A stretch of DNA of 64,000 bases from an uncultured Spirochaetota bacterium (lineage in GTDB: Bacteria > Spirochaetota > Brevinematia > Brevinematales > JAOACQ01), in assembly GCA_963783575.1 (NCBI GenBank), contig CAWAOD010000016.1, positions 253,153 to 317,152 of the forward strand. Direction: 5' to 3'. The notes beneath the pieces were generated by a model. That model did no database searches, was not told where the DNA came from, and saw nothing but the letters and a program-made list of their open reading frames with translations. The position numbers were made by a program, and so were the translations under genes. Positions within the stretch are counted from its first letter, which is position 1. Each line of letters begins with the position of its first letter. Shown piece after piece: positions 1-10,348 of the stretch.

Positions 1-2
1 AC

Positions 3-2372
3 AACAGACTGAATGATGCCGGGAGACTGATATTATTAAATCAAAATTCCATCCAGTTTGCATCAGCGCCGTTTATCCGAATCTTTGCCGACCAGGATAT
101 GGAAGATGAGAGAGATACATATGTTATGCTGACTACCAAAGACCCTAAAGCTGCTGAGTCTTACGACGATGTACCGGCATTGAAAAATTATTATCATCCT
201 CCGATATCTGAAAATCAGACAGCGGTTTCCATCGCTACACCATTACTGGAAATATCGTATAATATGGAAAAAATCAGTGTTATAAGAAAATATATTTCTC
301 CTTTACTGTCCGGAAATTCACAGACGCTAATGCCAATCGGAGTAGAAGAATATAAATTACTGAATAATACCGGTAAGGCACAAAAAGTTACCCTGGTAAT
401 TCCAAGACCATCCCTGGTTAATCTTCAGGAAAAGGAATTAAAACCCATGGATCAGGATTCTGTTTATTTATGCGCAACACCGGTTAAAGGTCATGTTCAT
501 AAAGAATTTAAATCCGGGGGTATGAGAGGAGTAATTCTTAGCAGCAAGGAATGCCCGGACAGGATGGTCATTGGCGTGCCTGAAATTGAAAATGTTGACA
601 TTGATACACAGCCTTATTTTTGCTTAAACAGGCTTAAACAGGATTTATTATTAAATGATAACGGCACTTTTTATGAAAAAAGAGATCCTATTGTCAAACA
701 GGATTATGGCGCCGCTATTAGCCTTACAATTACGCTTGATCCTAAAGCGGCTGTGACTATTCCGTTTGCATTAGTTCTGGACTTTCCTCAACAGCATTAT
801 ATTGATGGAAAAGCATTTGAGCGTAAATATATAAAAAGTTTCAAGGATGAAAAATCAAGAGCATTGGATATGGCAAAGTTAGCCCTGGAAAATTATCCTG
901 AATGGCTAAACCGGACAATAACGATCCAAAACAGGATTTTTAATCTGATACGACAAAACTCTTCCTATCAAGACGATAGAGACGGCGCTTTGAGGCTGAC
1001 CCGGTTGATTTTAAACGAATTCAGTTTCCCTTTATCAAATGCCGCGGTCTGGACTGAAGATAAGGATGGTAATGATTCTGCAAGGTTCCTTGAATGTTTT
1101 GATTACGCATATATTGATCCCTCGGATGTTGACTGGTATTCCATGGTATTACTTTTTCTTTTCCCAAACATAGAAAAAGAATTATGCCAGCGATTTATCG
1201 ATTCGATACTTGCGGAGGATAATACTCCACGCTTTTATCATCTCCACTCATCTTTTGTCGAAGCCAGAAAGCATTATTTTGATTATACTGACGAATATGA
1301 AGGCGAGGTAATGACCCAGATAAGAGACGCTTTTAAAATAAAAGGAAGCGTTGCTCATGATCTGGGAGCTTTACCGAAAGGTCATGCCCTTCGTAATGTA
1401 AGTGATTATGCCTGGTACAATAATAATTATTGGATCGATCTGTTCCCAAAGCTGGTATTAAGAGTATTACGCGATGTTAAATTCCTGGGTGATATGGAAT
1501 TCTTAAAGAAAAACTGGGATACGCTTAAATTCGGGCTGGAATTTTCACTGACCCTGGATTTTGACGGAGACGGAGTTCCGGAAGGCAATCCCAATGAAGT
1601 AAAAAATACGTTTGATAATCTGACTTTATTTGGCGTTGATGCTTACGATGTAACAACTTTTCTGGCCGGCTGCCAGGCAATGATTAAAATGGCGGAGATA
1701 ATGAAAGATGAACCTGCTAAAAAGCGCATCACGGAAATATTTGAAAAAGCCTCGCTGAGTTTTGAAAAGCTCTGGAGAGAGGAAAAAAGCAATACAGGCC
1801 GTGAGTTGAAGTATTATATTACCTGCTTTGATCCGAAAACAGGGGAAACAAATACGGACATCTGGACAAACCAGCTGGATTCCCTTTGGTATTTAATATC
1901 GATAGGCGAAGTACCTTTCATTTCAGAAGACAGGGCTAAAAAAATACTTAAAACGATTTATGAGAATAACCGTACAACTATGGGCTGGGCTATGTGCCGG
2001 ACAGAGGACAGCGAAGCGGTTGAATCGGAGCAGGGGCAGGATGTTTATACAACGTCAAATTATGTTTTTGCCCAATTGCTCGAATATTATGGAATGTCCG
2101 AAGAAAGCAAAGAAGTATATAAAGCAATGGATAAGGTTGTTTTCCAGCATGCCAATTCATTAATAACACCGGACAATATCCGGGCTGAATATGCAAAAGA
2201 AGATGGAGAATTGACTGAAGGATCGCATTATATTGTAGCGGCTTATCCAAGGCCGGGAGCAATATTAACTCACCTGGTAATACAGTTTATTAAAGACCGG
2301 CAGAAGAAAACCAATAATACAATAATTGAATCTGATCAATTGAAGTCTTTTGCGGCTGCATTAATGAAATAA
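3..2372 (+). CDS. GH116 (GBA2-like) glycoside hydrolase, probably 5'-partial
   Basis: FLECFDY and NTFD motifs match the GH116 nucleophile and acid/base regions; DFDGDGVPE Ca-binding-like loop. The frame is open from position 3 to the ATG at 99, so the true start likely lies outside the window. Confidence 0.75.
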   Translation, partial: NRLNDAGRLILLNQNSIQFASAPFIRIFADQDMEDERDTYVMLTTKDPKAAESYDDVPALKNYYHPPISENQTAVSIATPLLEISYNMEKISVIRKYISPLLSGNSQTLMPIGVEEYKLLNNTGKAQKVTLVIPRPSLVNLQEKELKPMDQDSVYLCATPVKGHVHKEFKSGGMRGVILSSKECPDRMVIGVPEIENVDIDTQPYFCLNRLKQDLLLNDNGTFYEKRDPIVKQDYGAAISLTITLDPKAAVTIPFALVLDFPQQHYIDGKAFERKYIKSFKDEKSRALDMAKLALENYPEWLNRTITIQNRIFNLIRQNSSYQDDRDGALRLTRLILNEFSFPLSNAAVWTEDKDGNDSARFLECFDYAYIDPSDVDWYSMVLLFLFPNIEKELCQRFIDSILAEDNTPRFYHLHSSFVEARKHYFDYTDEYEGEVMTQIRDAFKIKGSVAHDLGALPKGHALRNVSDYAWYNNNYWIDLFPKLVLRVLRDVKFLGDMEFLKKNWDTLKFGLEFSLTLDFDGDGVPEGNPNEVKNTFDNLTLFGVDAYDVTTFLAGCQAMIKMAEIMKDEPAKKRITEIFEKASLSFEKLWREEKSNTGRELKYYITCFDPKTGETNTDIWTNQLDSLWYLISIGEVPFISEDRAKKILKTIYENNRTTMGWAMCRTEDSEAVESEQGQDVYTTSNYVFAQLLEYYGMSEESKEVYKAMDKVVFQHANSLITPDNIRAEYAKEDGELTEGSHYIVAAYPRPGAILTHLVIQFIKDRQKKTNNTIIESDQLKSFAAALMK

Positions 2373-2387
2373 TTACAAGTATATAAT

Positions 2388-2511
2388 AATACCCCGCAGC
2401 AAGCAGCGGGGTATTAAGTAAGAACACTAAAGGAATCCCCTTGACAGGGCTCGGGATAAACTTCGTAAGACTTCGAGAAATTAAACCGGGTCAAGCGGCA
2501 CGCTTGTTAAA
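2388..2511. repeat. Dispersed intergenic repeat family A, copy 1 (hairpin-headed, REP/PATE-like)
   Basis: Hairpin AATACCCCGC-N8-GCGGGGTATT. 2390-2462 matches 22441-22513 with 2 mismatches in 73 bp. Both copies share the tail TAAACCGGGTCAAGC...CACGCTTGTTAAA. Confidence 0.85.
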
Positions 2512-2545
2512 TTTTCAATATAAAACTTATGATTATTAAGAGGAA

Positions 2546-3439
2546 ATGATTTTTATGAATTATGATATAACTTTTATAGGCCATATGTGTTACGATGAGA
2601 TTATTCCATTCGGAGGAAAACCCGTTGTTGCTCCCGGGAGCGCGGTATTATGCGGCGCTATGGTTGCGGCAAGGGTCGGAAAAAAAGTTGCGGCTATTGT
2701 AAAAATGTCGAAAAAAGATGAAAGCATCTTATCTTCGATGAAAGAAGCCGGCGTTGACACTTATCTTATTTCAGCCGATGTTACTACATATTCAAGGGTC
2801 CTGCATGAATCATCAAACGTAGACGAACGAAAATTGACAATTGTCAGGACGGCCGGTCTAATTTCAATAAATGATGTTCCCAAATTAGAATCTAAATGCG
2901 TTCATCTTGCAGGGATTTCAGACTCCGAATTCAATATGAGTTTAATGAAGGGTCTGAAATCGAGGGGATACAGTATGTCGGCCGATATGCAGAGTTTTGT
3001 CCGCCAAATAACCTCTGTCACTAACGAAATAAATTTTGCCGATGTGAAGGATAAAAAGGAAATTGTAAGTTTAATGGATAAAGTCAAACTGGATATCGTC
3101 GAAGCAAAAATATTAACAGGAACGGATGATCTTGAGAAAGCCGCTATTATTATAGAAAAATGGGGTTGTCCGGAAATAATGATCACTCATTCAAAGGGTG
3201 TATTGGCAAGAGTTAAAGGGAAAACTTACTATGAAAAGTTTTCCAATAACAGTGTGGTAGGCAGGACAGGCCGTGGGGATACGACTTTTGCGGCTTATCT
3301 TTCGTGGAGACTTGATCATGATGCGCAGGAATCCATAAAGTTCGCGGCGGCTCTTGTTTCAATTAAGATGGAAAGCCAGGGCCCTTTTAAAGGAACACTT
3401 GAAGATGTTATGAAAAGAATAAAGGAAGAACATTCTTAA
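2546..3439 (+). CDS. PfkB/ribokinase-family carbohydrate kinase
   Basis: N-terminal IGH..D and PGS motifs; C-terminal RTGRGDTTFAAY anion-hole signature. Confidence 0.85.
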   Translation: MIFMNYDITFIGHMCYDEIIPFGGKPVVAPGSAVLCGAMVAARVGKKVAAIVKMSKKDESILSSMKEAGVDTYLISADVTTYSRVLHESSNVDERKLTIVRTAGLISINDVPKLESKCVHLAGISDSEFNMSLMKGLKSRGYSMSADMQSFVRQITSVTNEINFADVKDKKEIVSLMDKVKLDIVEAKILTGTDDLEKAAIIIEKWGCPEIMITHSKGVLARVKGKTYYEKFSNNSVVGRTGRGDTTFAAYLSWRLDHDAQESIKFAAALVSIKMESQGPFKGTLEDVMKRIKEEHS

Positions 3440-3725
3440 GAAGCAGGGTGCTTGACTCAGGCGATGCACTGAGCAAAATGCTTTTTAATTTTTATTTAAA
3501 CGTGATGACCGGGACGAGTAACCGTGACGGACATACAGGAAGGGAGGCCGCGACTGAGAGCCCCTCCCCGGTGCCTGACGGTGAAAACCACCCGCGAGCG
3601 GAGCCGGGAACAAAAGAAATCTTTCTTTTAAGTATCGGTATACGGGAAGGCCCGTTATAGCCTGTAAAGTGTCCGGGGTTTACAATCCCGGGAATTTGGG
3701 TGGAACCGCGGAAAAAGCTATAATC

Positions 3726-3782
3726 AGCTATGCTGATTAAATTAGCTATGCTGATTAAATTAGCTATGCTGATTAAATTAGC
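3726..3782. repeat. Tandem repeat, 3 x 18 bp (AGCTATGCTGATTAAATT), inside the T-box leader
   Basis: Exact units at 3726-3743, 3744-3761 and 3762-3779, plus a partial AGC. Confidence 0.95.
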
Positions 3783-3813
3783 CCTCCGTCCCTTACAGGA
3801 TGGAGGGTTTTTT
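3781..3813 (+). terminator. T-box leader intrinsic terminator
   Basis: CCCTCCGTCC / GGATGGAGGG stem followed by a T run. Confidence 0.85.
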
Positions 3814-3854
3814 ATTGCTCTTGGAATAATAAATATTATGAGAGGTATACCGGT

Positions 3855-5781
3855 ATGAAGATAACTTTTCCCGACGGCAGTGTGAAGGATTTTGAAACCG
3901 GTGCGACCGGATTTAACGTGGCAGTTTCAATTTCAGAAGGTTTAGCGCGAAATGCCGCCGCTTTTTCTATGAATGGAAAAATGTATGATATGGCATCACC
4001 GCTGCCTGGCGACTGCTCGATAAGAATATTGACCTTTAATGACAGGGAAGGAATTGATATTTTAAGGCACAGCACGGCTCATGTAATGTCATATGCCGTG
4101 ACGAGAACTTTTCCCTGGTGTAAAACTTGCAATCGGGCCCGTTATTGAAGACGGTTTTTATTATGACTTTGATAATGCCGAATTGAAGAATTCGGATTTT
4201 GAAAGAATTGAAGCGGAAATGAAAAAGATCATTTCGGAGAAAATCCCTTTTGAAAGGATTGCGGTTTCGAGGGAAGAGGCCCTCAGTCTTTTTAAGAACG
4301 AACCATACAAAATCGAGCTTATAAACGAATTACCCGAAGGGGAAGAAATCACAATCTACCGCCTGGGGAGTTTCACCGACCTTTGCAAGGGACCTCATCT
4401 GCCGAATGCGGGAATGATCAGTGCCTACAAGCTGCTGAGGATCGCCGGCGCATACTGGAGGGGTGATTCTAAGAATAAGATGCTGATGCGCGTATATGCT
4501 ACCTGTTTTCCAAATTCCAGGGAACTGAATTCATACCTTGAAATGCGAAGGACGGCTGAGGAAAATGATCATAACAAGCTTGGGCGCGAGCTCGATCTGT
4601 TCATAACCGACAAGGATATCGGACAGGGGCTTCCACTTCTTACGCACCGCGGAGCGGTGATCAAGCAGGTTTTACAGAGATGGATCGAGGATGAGGAGTT
4701 CAAAAGGGGCTACAAGATAACCGCAACACCTTTCATGGCAAAGAGCAACCTCTATAAGCTTTCCGGGCATTGGGATCATTACCGGGACGGGATGTTCATT
4801 TTCAAGGGAGATGAAAATAAAGGCGGATAAGAGGATCTTTACGGTCTGCGTCCCATGACATGTCCTTTCCAGTTTAAATTGTACAACCGAAAAAAACACA
4901 GCTATAAAGAACTGCCCGTTCGATATGCGGAAACTTCTACTTTATTCCGCAACGAATCTTCAGGTGAGATGCATGGCTTAATCCGGGTCAGGCAGTTTAC
5001 GCTTTCGGATGCCCATATAATCTGTCTTCCCGATCAGGTGGAAACAGAATTTATGAACGCTCTGGATTTGGTCACATATGTGATGGATACGCTCGGTTTA
5101 AAAGACAATATCACATACAGGTTTTCAAAATGGGACCCAAAAAATAAAGAAAAGTATATCGACAATCCGGAAGCATGGGAGAATTCGCAGGCTGTTCTTA
5201 AGAAAATACTCGATAAGTCCGGTTTGTCTTATTTTGAAGCAGACGGCGAGGCGGCATTTTACGGGCCGAAGCTGGACATCCAGTTTAAGAATGTCTGGGG
5301 AAAGGAGGACACAATAATAACATTACAGATTGATTTTGCCCTACCCGGAAGGTTCAATATGAAATATACCGACAGCGATGGTTCCGAGAAAACGCCGATG
5401 GTTGTTCACCGTTCCTCCATAGGATGCTATGAGAGGACAATGGCAACCCTTATCGAAAGATATGCCGGTAAATTCCCTTTCTGGATTTCTCCCGAACAGG
5501 TCCGCATACTTACTGTGAATGATACTCTTTCGGATTATGCTCATTCAATCCGGAATAAGCTTATGGAGAGCCAGATCCGGGCTGAAGTTGATGATTCATC
5601 CGAAACATTGAACAAAAAAGTTCTGAACGCCCGGAAAGAGTACATTCCCGCAATCGTCACAGTGGGCAATAAGGAAAAAGAGGCCGGTACCATATCGGTC
5701 AGAACACTTGACGGAAAAGTCAAATTCGGCCTGGCATCGGATGAATTTATCGGTAAATGCCGCAATCTTTGCGATACTTGA
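3855..5781 (+). CDS. thrS: Threonine--tRNA ligase, interrupted as assembled (+1 frameshift near 4105, in-frame TAA at 4828-4830)
   Basis: TGS domain start MKITFPDG, LRHSTAH, DLCKGPH, DHNKLG, SGHW, RPMTCP, FYGPKLD and HRSSIG, spread across three consecutive ORFs. Confidence 0.92.
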
Positions 5782-5790
5782 AACTGTATT

Positions 5791-6417
5791 TTAATACTCA
5801 AATTCCACATCAACAGGAATTGTTGAATCGGCGGTTTTCAAGTCATTGTTCTTTGAAGCATAGCCTGATAAAAATTCACGGGTCAGGTAATATCTTTTGC
5901 CCTTTTCACCGCTTATATGGTCTTTTTTCTCAATTATAAAATATACATCGGAATCTTTAATATCTCCGCTGTCTGTCACGCCGGCTGTATCCTGGGAATT
6001 TGTCGATTCAATGAGCCTGGTTTCGGCAATTTTTCCCTCTTTCTCTTTTTCATAAATCAGCTTTTTACTGTCCGTATAATAAGTATAATACTCATTCATA
6101 TCAGTATATTCAAATTTTACAGAATACCACACTTCCCATTTGTAACTTATACCGTTTACCAATAAAATGTCTACTCTAAGGAAATTATCGTCATAACAGG
6201 AAATTACGCCTTTAATATCACATTCCAAAACATTATTGGCATCAGAACTCCACGCAGGTTCCTCATCGGGTGAAACAACCCAATCATCGGCAGTATAAGG
6301 TTCAAAAGCATCCTTAACTTTTGTGGAATCCCTGTGCGGCGGTGTTTCTGCAAAAATAATAACCGCAGTCATTAGAAAAAAAACAATAGAAAGTAAGAAT
6401 ATCAATCGCTTTTTCAT
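5791..6417 (-). CDS. Secreted hypothetical protein
   Basis: 208-aa ORF with a signal-peptide-like N-terminus and an AGGAGG RBS; no family recognised. Confidence 0.7.
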   Translation of the reverse strand: MKKRLIFLLSIVFFLMTAVIIFAETPPHRDSTKVKDAFEPYTADDWVVSPDEEPAWSSDANNVLECDIKGVISCYDDNFLRVDILLVNGISYKWEVWYSVKFEYTDMNEYYTYYTDSKKLIYEKEKEGKIAETRLIESTNSQDTAGVTDSGDIKDSDVYFIIEKKDHISGEKGKRYYLTREFLSGYASKNNDLKTADSTIPVDVEFEY

Positions 6418-6545
6418 AACTTCAATCCTCCTTCGGATTTAACTTACTCAAATACCTGGTTTTGGGCCGTTAATTCTCTAAATCATCCGGGTGAATATCT
6501 CTCAGTTCAGCCGGATTAGAATAATTAATATTGCGTTTTCAAAAA

Positions 6546-7199
6546 CTATTTTATAAGTTCCGGATATGTCCTGGTTAAAGCCTCTATTTTCGGTTTATCC
6601 CACATTTCTATATACGGATAATCCGGATTTTTATCCATAAAATGCTGGTGATAATCCTCAGCTTTGTAAAATGCAGAAAAAGTCTCCAATTTAGTAGCTA
6701 TCGGTTTTGAAAAAATTTTTGCATTATTTAGAGTTTTTATATAATCTTCAGCAATACTTTTCTGCATTGGGTTTGTATAAAAAATTATCGACCTGTACTG
6801 TGTACCGAAATCAGGCCCCTGGCGGTTAATCTCCGTGGGATCATGTGCGATTGAGAAAAAAACCTTTAAAAGCGTTCCATATTTTATTACGGAAGGATCA
6901 TATGTGATTTTTACCGTTTCGGCATGTCCTGTTAAACCGCTACTGACCATCTCATAAGTCGGGTTAACTGCCGATCCGCCTGAATACCCTGTTTCCGTTC
7001 CAACCACTCCCTTCAGCCTTTCAAAAACACCTTCAACTCCCCAGAAACATCCGCCGGCGAATAGCGCTGTCCGGATTCCTGTTTCTTTGTCCGCCCTGGG
7101 TTCGGGAAAGGGCTTCAATGAAAATGAAATATCAGTAAACAGCAGTAAAACCGAAAAGGCAAGAGCCGTTGTTTTTATTAATCTATAAAAATTAAGCAT
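6546..7199 (-). CDS. msrA: Peptide-methionine (S)-S-oxide reductase with signal peptide
   Basis: AGGCFWG, GHAETV, QGPDFGTQYRS and AEDYHQ motifs. Confidence 0.95.
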   Translation of the reverse strand: MLNFYRLIKTTALAFSVLLLFTDISFSLKPFPEPRADKETGIRTALFAGGCFWGVEGVFERLKGVVGTETGYSGGSAVNPTYEMVSSGLTGHAETVKITYDPSVIKYGTLLKVFFSIAHDPTEINRQGPDFGTQYRSIIFYTNPMQKSIAEDYIKTLNNAKIFSKPIATKLETFSAFYKAEDYHQHFMDKNPDYPYIEMWDKPKIEALTRTYPELIK

Positions 7200-7332
7200 A
7201 TTTTTACCTCCAAGATCATTTAAATGAATTCATAAGATATAGACTTATATAGAAATTTAAATAGTTTTCAATTTTTAGTCAAATGCCTTATTATATTGTT
7301 GAAAATTTTGATTTATAATAATAGAGTAGATT

Positions 7333-7716
7333 ATGAAATATTTTTATATCCTGATTGGAAGCGGAACCGGAGGAATAATCAGGTATCTGTTTTCAAGATG
7401 GGTTTACAGCCTGTCTGCCGGGACTTTTCCGATAGGTACGCTTGTGGTAAATTTGCTGGGATGCTTGATTATTGGTTTTCTAGCCGGATTATTTGAATAT
7501 TGGGTTGTCTCACCAAATCTGAGGCTCTTTATTTTTGTCGGTTTTTTAGGCGGTTTTACAACATTTTCTTCATTCGGACTTGAAACATTCAATCTGATAA
7601 AAAATTCGGAAATCAGGTCCGCTTTTTTCAATATAATACTGAGCGATATATTTGGGATCGGATTGGTATTTGCTGGATATTTATTATCTCAATTGTTCAT
7701 TAAAGCAGTAAGATAG
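7333..7716 (+). CDS. crcB: Fluoride efflux channel CrcB/FluC
   Basis: FPIGTLVVNLLGC and GFLGGFTTFSSF signatures. Confidence 0.95.
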   Translation: MKYFYILIGSGTGGIIRYLFSRWVYSLSAGTFPIGTLVVNLLGCLIIGFLAGLFEYWVVSPNLRLFIFVGFLGGFTTFSSFGLETFNLIKNSEIRSAFFNIILSDIFGIGLVFAGYLLSQLFIKAVR

Positions 7717-7726
7717 GGAGCGTTTT

Positions 7727-8073
7727 ATGGATAATAACCGCTTAAAAATTGTTGAAGACGATGTTTTAATACGGATTTATGTGAGCGAAAAGGAAAAGCT
7801 TCATGGAGACCGCTTTATGAATCGATAGTATTGAAAGCGAGGGAAATTGGTCTTGCAGGAGCAACTGTCTCAAGGGGGATATTGGGTTTCGGCGCAGACA
7901 GAAGGATGCATTCGGCAAAGCTTCTGGAGCTTTCTGAAAATCTTCCGATTATTATTGAAATTGTCGACCTGGAAGAAAACATCGAGCGTTTATTGCCTTT
8001 CCTGGATGAAAACGTAAAGGACGGTTTTTTAACTATGGAAAAGGTGCATGTCACAAAGTACCGGCATAAATAA
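7727..8073 (+). CDS. DUF190 family (PII-like) protein, -1 frameshift near 7808
   Basis: ATG at 7727 with GGGAG RBS gives LIRIYVSEKEKLHG. Restoring one base continues as PLYESIVLKAREIGLAGATV..GFG..LSENLPIIIEIVD. Typical crcB neighbour. Confidence 0.85.
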
Positions 8074-8074
8074 T

Positions 8075-9361
8075 TTAAATGGAATGCTTATCAAAAAGCA
8101 GTTTATAAGCTTCCCTGAAAACCTGTACTTCGATAAGGCAAAATCCTGAATCTGTTTGAATATGGTCGCCTCCGTTCATAATAAAAATTATACCGAATTT
8201 TCCGGCCGGGTTGAAATACATGCCGCTTAACAATCCGAAAACATCGCCCCTGTGCCCATACATCCTGACTCCCGGTATCAAATCTTCTGTAATCTGTATA
8301 AATAATCCGTTTCCATTCCAATGCGCTTCAAGCATTCTTTCAACTGTTGATTTATTTAGAATTTTTACCATATTGGTTCCTTTATAGTAAATGCCCCCGT
8401 TGATCAGAACCTCCATAATCTTCGCTAGACCTGTAGCGCGGGTTCTGAAATTGCCCTGAGGTCCGAAAATTGCGGGATTTTTTCCGGGATCATAGCCTGT
8501 AAGGTCAGGGGGTTCTGGTTTTCCTCCCCCGTAATCGTCACCGGAAATATGAGGAACAAAATCCTCATCCAGCTGATAAACGACAGCGACTTTATTAATA
8601 TTTGATATAGATTGAATAGTAAAACCGCCATGCATACCAAGAGGTTTGAGAATTTCGTCGTTGACAAATTGGTCGAAACGTTTTCCGGATACCTTACCGA
8701 TTATGGCGCCTGCAATGATAGCCCCGAGATTACTATACTCATAAAATGTCCCCGGGGCATTATCCAGCCATATTTCGGGATTATAGTATGAACCGCCGGG
8801 GGTCAATACCTCTTTCAATGACGGTGGATTGGAAGAAAAACTTGCCGATATGAAATCATTATTCATACCGCTGTCATTAATACCGGATGTATGCGTCATA
8901 ATCTGTTTTATAGTAATGGGGACATTTGGGTATTTCGGATTTCTAACGGAATACCCAAGGTATTTGCCGATATCGTCATCAATGCTTTCAATTAAACCGG
9001 AATCGAAAAGCTTCATTAAAGCCATTCCGGTTATTGTTTTGGATATGGATGCGATAAGAAAGACGGTGTCATTATCTACTTTTATTTTACGCCCGATATC
9101 GGCATAACCGTAATTATAGATAAACCGCACCGAATCATCTTTATACCCGAGTATGGTCATACCTACAGCATGATTCTGTTCGGCGATTTTTTTAAAAGGC
9201 TCCAGTGCAGGGTTTGGTGATTTTCCATCTGTGCCGTCAATAAATGTTTTATGATTTATAAAAGGGCTTTTGACGGGAAGAAATAGAAAAATGATTAACA
9301 AAATATAATAAATTATTGGAAATACTAAATTTTTAAATAGCATATAATTATTATAAACCAA
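8075..9361 (-). CDS. Serine hydrolase, beta-lactamase/AmpC-like family
   Basis: SISK (SxxK), YSN and HRG motifs, plus IMTHTSG. Confidence 0.85.
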   Translation of the reverse strand: MVYNNYMLFKNLVFPIIYYILLIIFLFLPVKSPFINHKTFIDGTDGKSPNPALEPFKKIAEQNHAVGMTILGYKDDSVRFIYNYGYADIGRKIKVDNDTVFLIASISKTITGMALMKLFDSGLIESIDDDIGKYLGYSVRNPKYPNVPITIKQIMTHTSGINDSGMNNDFISASFSSNPPSLKEVLTPGGSYYNPEIWLDNAPGTFYEYSNLGAIIAGAIIGKVSGKRFDQFVNDEILKPLGMHGGFTIQSISNINKVAVVYQLDEDFVPHISGDDYGGGKPEPPDLTGYDPGKNPAIFGPQGNFRTRATGLAKIMEVLINGGIYYKGTNMVKILNKSTVERMLEAHWNGNGLFIQITEDLIPGVRMYGHRGDVFGLLSGMYFNPAGKFGIIFIMNGGDHIQTDSGFCLIEVQVFREAYKLLFDKHSI

Positions 9362-9499
9362 ATCATTTTTTTAGTAAATTTGCCGGATTGATTTAGCAAA
9401 AATTTAATTTGGACAAGTTATATAATCATAAAAGACATTTTGACTTTTTTTTGTTTTTGATTAAACTTCCGATTATAGCAATAAAGGAGACATGCTATT

Positions 9500-9856
9500 A
9501 TGGAAATAATAGGTTATGGAATATTAGGAATATTGGCGGGATTGTTTAGCGGACTATTAGGTATCGGCGGAGCAATTGTAGTGATTCCGGCATTAATTTT
9601 CATTTTCGGGTTTGATCAAAAAACAGCACAGGGAACAACATTATTCCTGATGCTGCCGCCGATAGGGATTATGGCTTTTCTGGAATATTATAAAGCCGGA
9701 AATGTTAATATCAAAGCAGGCATAATTATTGCAATTTTCTTTATTCTCGGCGGGTGGCTCGGCGGAATATTTGTCGGAAGGATCGACAACAATATCCTTA
9801 GAAAAATATTCGCCCTGTTCCTGATAGCCGTTTCTGTAAATATGCTGATTAAATGA
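9500..9856 (+). CDS. Half-size TauE/SafE (TSUP) family transporter
   Basis: SGLLGIGGAIVVIP and AQGTTL motifs; 118 aa hydrophobic. Confidence 0.85.
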   Translation: MEIIGYGILGILAGLFSGLLGIGGAIVVIPALIFIFGFDQKTAQGTTLFLMLPPIGIMAFLEYYKAGNVNIKAGIIIAIFFILGGWLGGIFVGRIDNNILRKIFALFLIAVSVNMLIK

Positions 9857-10217
9857 TTGATTTGTCCCATTCGGTCAATGTCAGTATCAATCTTGTAGAA
9901 ATGCTTGTATAATCACCATTAAAGTTAATCATTTTTTTTGCCTCATCATCTTTTCCTGCCAGAACCAGAACAGCAACCTGTTTGACAATTCTATGAAATT
10001 CGGTATGAAGTTCTTTAACTTTACTGTAATATTCGGATTGTTTATCTTTTTCTGTTATTGTATCTCCGTAAAGCCATTTACCGAAATCGCAATTATTGTC
10101 TGTACCCGCCTTATCTATATCAAAATCTACCGTCATTCCGTTAATATATTCAAGAAGCCTCCTTTTCCAGGTGCCATGGGCAAGTATAGCCTTATTGATT
10201 TCATCTTTCAGTCCCAT
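9849..10217 (-). CDS. Stand-alone CZB (chemoreceptor zinc-binding) domain protein
   Basis: HxxW, CDFGKW and HxxFH give the 3His/1Cys ligand set. Confidence 0.85.
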   Translation of the reverse strand: MGLKDEINKAILAHGTWKRRLLEYINGMTVDFDIDKAGTDNNCDFGKWLYGDTITEKDKQSEYYSKVKELHTEFHRIVKQVAVLVLAGKDDEAKKMINFNGDYTSISTRLILTLTEWDKSII

Positions 10218-10348
10218 TTATTTCCTCCTGATTCCTAAAATATAGTTAATTATTCTAATAAAAGAATACAAACAAAAGTAGGATTTGTCAATTCGGAAAG
10301 TATTATAAGGGCAGTTCCAAAAACTCAATAAAAGTCACCCTGAGCTTG

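Larger units (their letters stand above)
3500..3813 (+). promoter_or_regulatory. T-box riboswitch (Thr specifier) upstream of thrS
   Basis: T-box sequence AATTTGGGTGGAACCGCG at 3693-3710; antiterminator partner CCGTCCC; stem I GACTGAGAG motif; ACC (Thr) specifier at 3587-3589; directly upstream of thrS. Confidence 0.9.

Noticed and set aside
3448..3660. 70-aa ORF
   Set aside because: Coincides with the T-box RNA; no protein features.
3726..3782. CRISPR-like repeat array
   Set aside because: The units are directly adjacent with no spacers, and there are no cas genes in the window.
4828..4830. Stop-codon reassignment to explain the in-frame TAA in thrS
   Set aside because: TAA, TAG and TGA all terminate other genes normally; a single substitution is simpler.
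7200..7332. Fluoride riboswitch upstream of crcB
   Set aside because: No GGCGATGG...TGATG consensus is visible; the region is plain AT-rich promoter sequence.
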